Assembly: GCA_964599845.1 (NCBI GenBank)
Contig: CAZRHM010000001.1
Coordinates: forward strand, 1 to 36,189
Length of the DNA stretch: 36,189 bases
Direction of reading: 5' to 3'
DNA from: an uncultured Candidatus Saccharibacteria bacterium
GTDB taxonomy: Bacteria; Patescibacteriota; Dojkabacteria; J137
Shown: positions 31,369 to 36,189 of the stretch, piece after piece
Numbering within the stretch: the first letter of the stretch is position 1
How the letters are laid out: each line of letters begins with the position of its first letter
Notes under the pieces: model-generated
What the model was told of the DNA's origin: nothing
What the model saw: only the letters and a program-made list of their open reading frames with translations
The model's database searches: none
Program-made: the position numbers and the translations under genes

Positions 31369-33801
31369 GTGACTAAATTAACTCGTGCCCCCAGAGAAGT
31401 TACTGCCAAGACCACTGCCATCGAGTTGTACCCACCGTCAGATTTCACTGTTCTTGAGAGTCAATATAGATTAGTGAAGTACGTTCTTCCCCGGATGCTT
31501 GTCTTTACAAAGGATGACAACAAATATGCCAAGATGCATGTTGAAATAAAGGAACATCTGAATGTGCCTTATCGGGTATTTACGTACGATAGGGTCAATG
31601 GAAGCAGGCGTTGGTCGCTCTTCGCACTGTTCCCGGTGAAATCAAATGAGAATGGTGAGACTGATCTGGATTTGCCGGAGCTAACTTATGCTGGCGAGCC
31701 GCTGAAAGCAAAAGTAATTTCTTTCAGTGAGCCTCCGTTACATGTCTTGGTAAAAATTCTACAGGTAGCCTACACACGCAAAGATGAGGATGGTCAAAAA
31801 AAGGCTCGGTTTGTTGGAAATGACAAGTGCTACATCTATGCGATGCCCAGTGATGAACACGGACGTTATCATAAGTGCCTGGAAATAGAAGTCAGGGGAG
31901 ACATTCAAAACGAAAATGTCTTTTATATCGATGGACATGCACGAACGTTCGCTTTAGATTCGACCATAAATCCTGATTACATCAATCAGAACACATATTT
32001 CACCCAAATCCCAATTAAAGACGACATGGTTATCTTCAACCAGGTCAAGCGCAGTACTGTCCAACAATATGCCAAGAACCCTTCATCTGCACCACCGCTA
32101 TACAGACAACGAGCCTTTACAGGTAGGCGAACAACGCTCGATTTTCACTCGATTGAATCACAAGAAGACACGGAGCAAACCCGTGGTTATCTCACCGATA
32201 CCTTCATTCGAGGGTTCTCCAAATACTTGCAGAATTTTGGGTTTCAGGTTGAGTACATCAACCGCGTATTTAAGGAGTTCATCACGGGACCTACCGCAGA
32301 GTTTTCACTGCCGATTGAGAAATTGGGCAAGGTATATGTATATGATGCCCGTATGAGCCGGGAAACTCCTCTCGATCACTTTTTGCAATTGCTACAGGAG
32401 AAATTCCCTGAAGTTAAGTTAGAAGAGATCAATTCGCTGGATGATATTGACACTTCACCTCTCGTTGTCATTGAGGATTGTGAAGACCGCGCTTTCAGGG
32501 GAGGTATGCCCTTAGAAGGTGAAACAGACCCTCACGAAGAAATCTATCGAAGCTATCCGAGCATCCCAAAGCAGTTCATCAACGTGAATACGAACGCCTT
32601 GACTCAAAGAGATGAATCGGGCACCGAAAAAACACTATCTAGAGAAGACTATCTCTCATACGAGCCTATGAAACTCGGCGAGAGTCAAATCGTTATGCTA
32701 TTCAACCAACTGTATCTCAAAGATGTCATTTTGAACACGCGCAGCGTGGCATCATGCCTTCCAGTTCTCTCCGATCTCATGTTCGTTCACCGTGAGCATC
32801 AGATCATTGACGGTGCGAAACGTAAATTTGAAGTTGCATTGCATTTCCTCAATGATAATGTGCAATTCTACGATCTTATCAACGAGGCGGGTGACCGGGA
32901 GGCGTTTCATGATCTCTTGAAGCGATGGGAAGTTGACTGGGATTACAACTATTCTAAAATGGTTGATCGTTATCGTGGTCACGAAGACGGGAAAGACCTG
33001 CCTAATTTCGATGTCATCATAGGACCCGGATTGTTTGTTGAGATTACTGGCGCAAGTGAAGCTGTATTATACGATTACGACGAGATTATTCGGCGCCATG
33101 AGGAATTTGTACAATCGTTTAAGCTAGACGATCTCAAGCTATCTCATAAGTATGATGATATTGTGGATGATCCTGAGCTTACCGAGGATATGCTAGAACT
33201 TTGGGGATATTTGCCTCATCAAAAAATTAGGGGAAAACGTCTAGGAAGACCCAAAAACCAAAGCCATCGAAATGCCATTGAACTGTACGAAAAACTTCAC
33301 GAGTACGATGCGGTACTTGATGATTTGAAGAAACGGTATCCGATGATCAGTTTTCACGAGCTTACTCGCAATGAAGACATCGTTCCAGACATCGTCAGGC
33401 TGTTTGGCAGTGCTCAGACACTTCACAATAAGTATAAGAAGATTGGGATGTTTCTTGGACTCCGCGAAGCGGAAGTGGTTTCAGTGTATACGGGAATTTG
33501 GTATACCTCTGATCTTCGATATGTCATCGGCTCAACAACTGCGATGAACTCGAGTCAAGCAACAGCACACCGCCTTCGTCAATTCATTATCTATCAAGGC
33601 GAAGACAAATTCGATATTGAACCAATGCTCGAGGCCATGAGCGTAACATTCGTTCGTCTGAACCAATACACAGTATATCCGTATTATTTTCACCTCATCG
33701 ACATTTATGTCAACAACGTGATCAAGTACAGGTATAATATGATTAACATTTTAGGTCTCGATCTAGCATCGGGAGATGAAACAGAGGACATCTCTGATTA
33801 G
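31369..33801 (+). CDS. Divergent Argonaute/PIWI-domain protein (PIWI-RE-like), 810 aa
   Basis: The C-terminal 'SQATAHRLRQFIIYQGEDKFDIEPMLEAMSVTFVRLNQYTVYPYYFHLIDIY' parallels the PIWI signature QGT...F...L...T[FY]VR...P.P.YYAHL. A MID-like segment reads 'PLVVIED...EIYRSYPSIPKQFINVNT'. The GTG start lies 2 nt after the helicase stop, with GGAG 8-9 nt upstream. Confidence 0.55.
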   Translation: MTKLTRAPREVTAKTTAIELYPPSDFTVLESQYRLVKYVLPRMLVFTKDDNKYAKMHVEIKEHLNVPYRVFTYDRVNGSRRWSLFALFPVKSNENGETDLDLPELTYAGEPLKAKVISFSEPPLHVLVKILQVAYTRKDEDGQKKARFVGNDKCYIYAMPSDEHGRYHKCLEIEVRGDIQNENVFYIDGHARTFALDSTINPDYINQNTYFTQIPIKDDMVIFNQVKRSTVQQYAKNPSSAPPLYRQRAFTGRRTTLDFHSIESQEDTEQTRGYLTDTFIRGFSKYLQNFGFQVEYINRVFKEFITGPTAEFSLPIEKLGKVYVYDARMSRETPLDHFLQLLQEKFPEVKLEEINSLDDIDTSPLVVIEDCEDRAFRGGMPLEGETDPHEEIYRSYPSIPKQFINVNTNALTQRDESGTEKTLSREDYLSYEPMKLGESQIVMLFNQLYLKDVILNTRSVASCLPVLSDLMFVHREHQIIDGAKRKFEVALHFLNDNVQFYDLINEAGDREAFHDLLKRWEVDWDYNYSKMVDRYRGHEDGKDLPNFDVIIGPGLFVEITGASEAVLYDYDEIIRRHEEFVQSFKLDDLKLSHKYDDIVDDPELTEDMLELWGYLPHQKIRGKRLGRPKNQSHRNAIELYEKLHEYDAVLDDLKKRYPMISFHELTRNEDIVPDIVRLFGSAQTLHNKYKKIGMFLGLREAEVVSVYTGIWYTSDLRYVIGSTTAMNSSQATAHRLRQFIIYQGEDKFDIEPMLEAMSVTFVRLNQYTVYPYYFHLIDIYVNNVIKYRYNMINILGLDLASGDETEDISD

Positions 33802-33919
33802 GAGTTGCTTGCTACTTACAGGTAGCAGGTGTAATTCCCAAGTATCTGCTACCCTTTGCCTATTGCTTATCTCCAAACGGATTGTCAAGCATAAGAAGTT
33901 CATCTCACTAGACAAAAGG

Positions 33920-34513
33920 TCAAGGGATACGTATCCAATACGATCCCTTCTTTTCATCATCTTGGCGCACCTCGAAATCATCAGGATAGTCCGAGATGAA
34001 CTTCAAGAGGCTCTTATACTTCTTGCCTGGTTGCCCCAACCGTTTCGGATTGAGCTTGAAAAATGTCTCATAGAGATGCTGGGAGAGGCGGCTGAAGTTC
34101 ACCCATCCTGCGTCTTGCTGGCGAAGAAAGTCACGCGCCGATTGCAGCACCGCATCCGTATCATAATCGTGTATCGCCTTTGCCGCGATTTCCCGTTTGC
34201 GCTTTGTGTTGCGGGAGTGGGATCGTTTGTTCTTGCCTTTACGTTTTTTCGGCGCATCAGGGTCTTCGATTAATTCGTATTCTGCACCGTAGTCTCGGAT
34301 TACTCGCTCACGCAGCGCCTCCAGTTGATCCTCAGCAACCATGAAAGCCGTGGCTGAATACGCCCAATCCCGTGAGCGGATCAGGTCACGTTCGAGCTTG
34401 GTAAAGCATTCATCACACAGGCTCAGGTCATTAACCGGGCGGAACAGATCACAGCCTGCACAGATCGTGTCGATGATGACTCCATCGTCGTATTCATCCT
34501 CGAAATTGTCCAT
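33920..34513 (-). CDS. Zinc-ribbon + OST-HTH/LOTUS-like domain protein (GC-rich backbone)
   Basis: The N-terminal 'CAGCDLF...LSLCDECF' has two CxxC pairs. There is a basic linker. The C-terminal 'GWVNFSRLSQHLYETFFKLNPKRLGQPGKKYKSLLKFISDYPDDFEV' resembles the OST-HTH pattern. The call rests on pattern memory only. Confidence 0.45.
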   Translation of the reverse strand: MDNFEDEYDDGVIIDTICAGCDLFRPVNDLSLCDECFTKLERDLIRSRDWAYSATAFMVAEDQLEALRERVIRDYGAEYELIEDPDAPKKRKGKNKRSHSRNTKRKREIAAKAIHDYDTDAVLQSARDFLRQQDAGWVNFSRLSQHLYETFFKLNPKRLGQPGKKYKSLLKFISDYPDDFEVRQDDEKKGSYWIRIP

Positions 34514-34615
34514 AGCATCCTCAAACCCGTTGGCGAAGCACCTCTATCATAACAAGTTTCCGATGCCGATGGCGCATCAATAAACAAAGACCCGGCGATG
34601 TGCCGGGCTAATTGT

Positions 34616-36189
34616 CTATAGATCAAAATCCGGTGACACTGGCTCGACTTGCGGCTCATCCTCGTCTTCATCCAGTCGTGTAAACTGCTGGATCGGGTCG
34701 GTGTACAGCCCTTCCGCTTCAATCCGCGCATCGTGTTCGGCGTTGGGGTTGTAGGGATGCCAGTCTGCCGGGTCGCGGGTCAGCGTCAGGGTGAGGTTCT
34801 GGTAGGCGGCCAGATCGTCGCCTTCCAGCATCTTCCATTCCACCGGCAAACCTTCCAGCCGCGCCACCTCCTGCGCCAGTTCCGGCCCTTCCAGCAAGCC
34901 AGGCATCAGGTAGCCGTTGAACTCCCTGCCGAACGTGTCCGCCGTTTCAGTGGTCTCAAAGTGCGCCATCTCTAACAGGCGGAATGGCTCATCTTCTGCC
35001 ATCATGGGTGTGCCAACATGCTCTGGGTCATGCTCAATGTTGGGGTAAACTACCATGTGTAGAGCATGTCCCAACGGTTCGCCGTCCGGGTCGTTCACGG
35101 GCAGGGTCTCCATGCGCCAGTAAGGATTTTCTACCGCTTCACGGGACACAAAATCTATGTCCCCTGCATCATCGAATTCGATGCGGTAGACATACTCCTC
35201 TGGCTCTGGCAAGGGCACAGCCTCACCGTCAGTATTCCAATACGGGTTGACCTCCCCTTCCAACTGCTGCGCCAGCGTCTCGAAGCGATCCGGTGGCCCC
35301 TGCCGGAACAGACGCGGGTCCGCGCGGTCCCCATCCAGCCAATCATTTTGCATGGCGGTCAGTTCAGCTTTGTGCATCATAGCTTCCAGCCCGCGCTCGT
35401 CGTAGACTTCCAGCAGCGCCTCGCGTTCCTGTTCTGCCGGTTCGCGCCCGGTATCGGGGTCGTAGGTGTCCAGCGTCAGCGAATCCACGCCGACATAGCC
35501 ACCCGGTTCTTTCCAGTATTTCTCCACTGCCAGTTCCACTGTCCAGGGGTCGGCATCCTGCACTACAATGGCGTAGTTCACGGTATCGTCGATGGGCTGA
35601 AGCAGTTCGGTCTCGGATTTGTCGAAGGTCGCCTCAAACCAGACCGCGCCTTCGAGGGCGGCAGTAGCTCCGCGTTCGCGCTCGGCTGCTTCGGCGAACT
35701 CCCGATACAATGCCGGATAGTCCGGCGGTTCCACGTCAAATTCTTCGGTGTCGAAGTCGTCATTCACAGCGATTTCGGTCTCCTGCGCTAATTCCGCCTG
35801 GCGGATGGTCGTAAACGGATCGGGCGGCCCCTGCGTGAACAGGCGCGGGTCGTCGCGTTCGGGGTCGATGACGCCTGCCTCTATTCCGGCCAGTTCCACC
35901 AGTCGCATCGCAGCCTGCAAGCGTCCGGCTTCCAGCATGTCGCCTGCTACTTCTGCGTTGTCCTGGGCAGTCTCCCAGTCCGGCTGCGGGATCACCAGCC
36001 GTTCGTAACCTGCCTCGCCCCACGACTTGACCACATCCAGGAAGGACTCGCCGTTGGCGGAGATGGCCCCCAGCCTGTAGGATGGGATGTTAAGTTCGCG
36101 CTGGCGCTCGGTCATGAACATATCGGGCGGCGCGTCGTCCTCAAAGAAGATGCGCGGGTCATCGCGGTCAGGATCGAGATAGCCCCCGG
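34616..36189 (-). CDS. Highly acidic repeat-containing protein, 5'-truncated by the window edge
   Basis: The frame stays open from the listed Met (36121) to nt 36187. The upstream in-frame peptide '...DPDRDDPRIFFEDDAPPDMF' is a third copy of the internal repeats 'DPERDDPRLFTQGPPDPF' and 'DGDRADPRLFRQGPPDRF'. Confidence 0.6.
   Translation of the reverse strand, partial: GGYLDPDRDDPRIFFEDDAPPDMFMTERQRELNIPSYRLGAISANGESFLDVVKSWGEAGYERLVIPQPDWETAQDNAEVAGDMLEAGRLQAAMRLVELAGIEAGVIDPERDDPRLFTQGPPDPFTTIRQAELAQETEIAVNDDFDTEEFDVEPPDYPALYREFAEAAERERGATAALEGAVWFEATFDKSETELLQPIDDTVNYAIVVQDADPWTVELAVEKYWKEPGGYVGVDSLTLDTYDPDTGREPAEQEREALLEVYDERGLEAMMHKAELTAMQNDWLDGDRADPRLFRQGPPDRFETLAQQLEGEVNPYWNTDGEAVPLPEPEEYVYRIEFDDAGDIDFVSREAVENPYWRMETLPVNDPDGEPLGHALHMVVYPNIEHDPEHVGTPMMAEDEPFRLLEMAHFETTETADTFGREFNGYLMPGLLEGPELAQEVARLEGLPVEWKMLEGDDLAAYQNLTLTLTRDPADWHPYNPNAEHDARIEAEGLYTDPIQQFTRLDEDEDEPQVEPVSPDFDL

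Larger units (their letters stand above)
18644..33900. other. AT-richer cargo island 2: helicase-nuclease + type III R-M, plus GHKL/STAS/helicase-nuclease/PIWI-like operon
   Basis: Composition shifts immediately after the HU-like gene (18643) and before the OST-HTH-like gene (~33900). A hand count of 26/60 GC was obtained at 28801-28860. Confidence 0.6.
1..36189. mobile_element. Segment of a conjugative/mobilizable element (ICE- or plasmid-like backbone) carrying two compositionally distinct cargo islands; element ends not in window
   Basis: The GC-rich parts contain an ssb leading-region-like gene, an RHH protein, a relaxase-like protein, a VirD4/TraG-type coupling protein and an HU-like protein. 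No integrase or att repeats were found, so the boundaries are unknown. Confidence 0.5.

Noticed and set aside
33776-34273. 165-aa + strand ORF overlapping the OST-HTH-like gene
   Set aside because: It is antisense to a - strand gene with coherent domain patterns. Its translation is Leu/Arg/Ile-rich with no motifs.
35066-36008. + strand ORFs 35066..35791 (241 aa) and 35748..36008, opposite the acidic repeat protein
   Set aside because: They are antisense shadows of a GC-rich gene. The - strand product has coherent repeats and composition, while the + strand translations look random.
1-36189. CRISPR arrays, rRNA genes, IS elements/transposases, integrases
   Set aside because: I looked for regularly spaced repeats, rRNA-like conserved stretches and DDE, tyrosine or serine recombinase motifs in all long ORFs. 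None were seen.

Overview
The window is a mosaic. A GC-rich conjugative or mobilizable-element backbone is interrupted by two clearly AT-richer cargo islands. The backbone carries a PP-loop/PAPS-reductase-like protein, SSB, an RHH protein, a small relaxase-like protein, a type IV coupling protein, an HU-like protein, an OST-HTH-like protein and an acidic repeat protein. Hand GC counts on single 60-nt lines gave 39/60 at 16441-16500 (backbone), against 24/60 at 4201-4260, 28/60 at 4081-4140 and 26/60 at 28801-28860 (islands). Island 1 (~3.86-15.1 kb) looks like a 7-deazaguanine (preQ0) DNA-modification island with an unfamiliar layout. A five-gene + strand operon encodes a DUF6884/YaaA-like protein, a TGT-fold DpdA-like transglycosylase, a NurA-like nuclease, a HerA-like ATPase and a nucleoside 2-deoxyribosyltransferase-like protein. 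It converges on a - strand operon encoding a UvrD-like helicase, a Cas4/RecB-like Fe-S nuclease, QueC and a YhhQ preQ0 transporter. Island 2 (~18.65-33.9 kb) has two parts. The first is a fused UvrD-helicase/PD-(D/E)xK-nuclease gene translationally coupled to a type III mod-res pair. The second is a four-gene + strand operon: GHKL ATPase, STAS-like/wHTH protein, a 1145-aa DinG/Rad3-like helicase with a C-terminal restriction-endonuclease-fold domain, and an 810-aa protein whose C-terminus carries an Argonaute/PIWI-like signature (PIWI-RE-like arrangement). I recognised no rRNA, tRNA, CRISPR array, transposase or integrase. All family calls rest on motifs read by eye and on remembered family signatures. 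No database search or structure prediction was possible.
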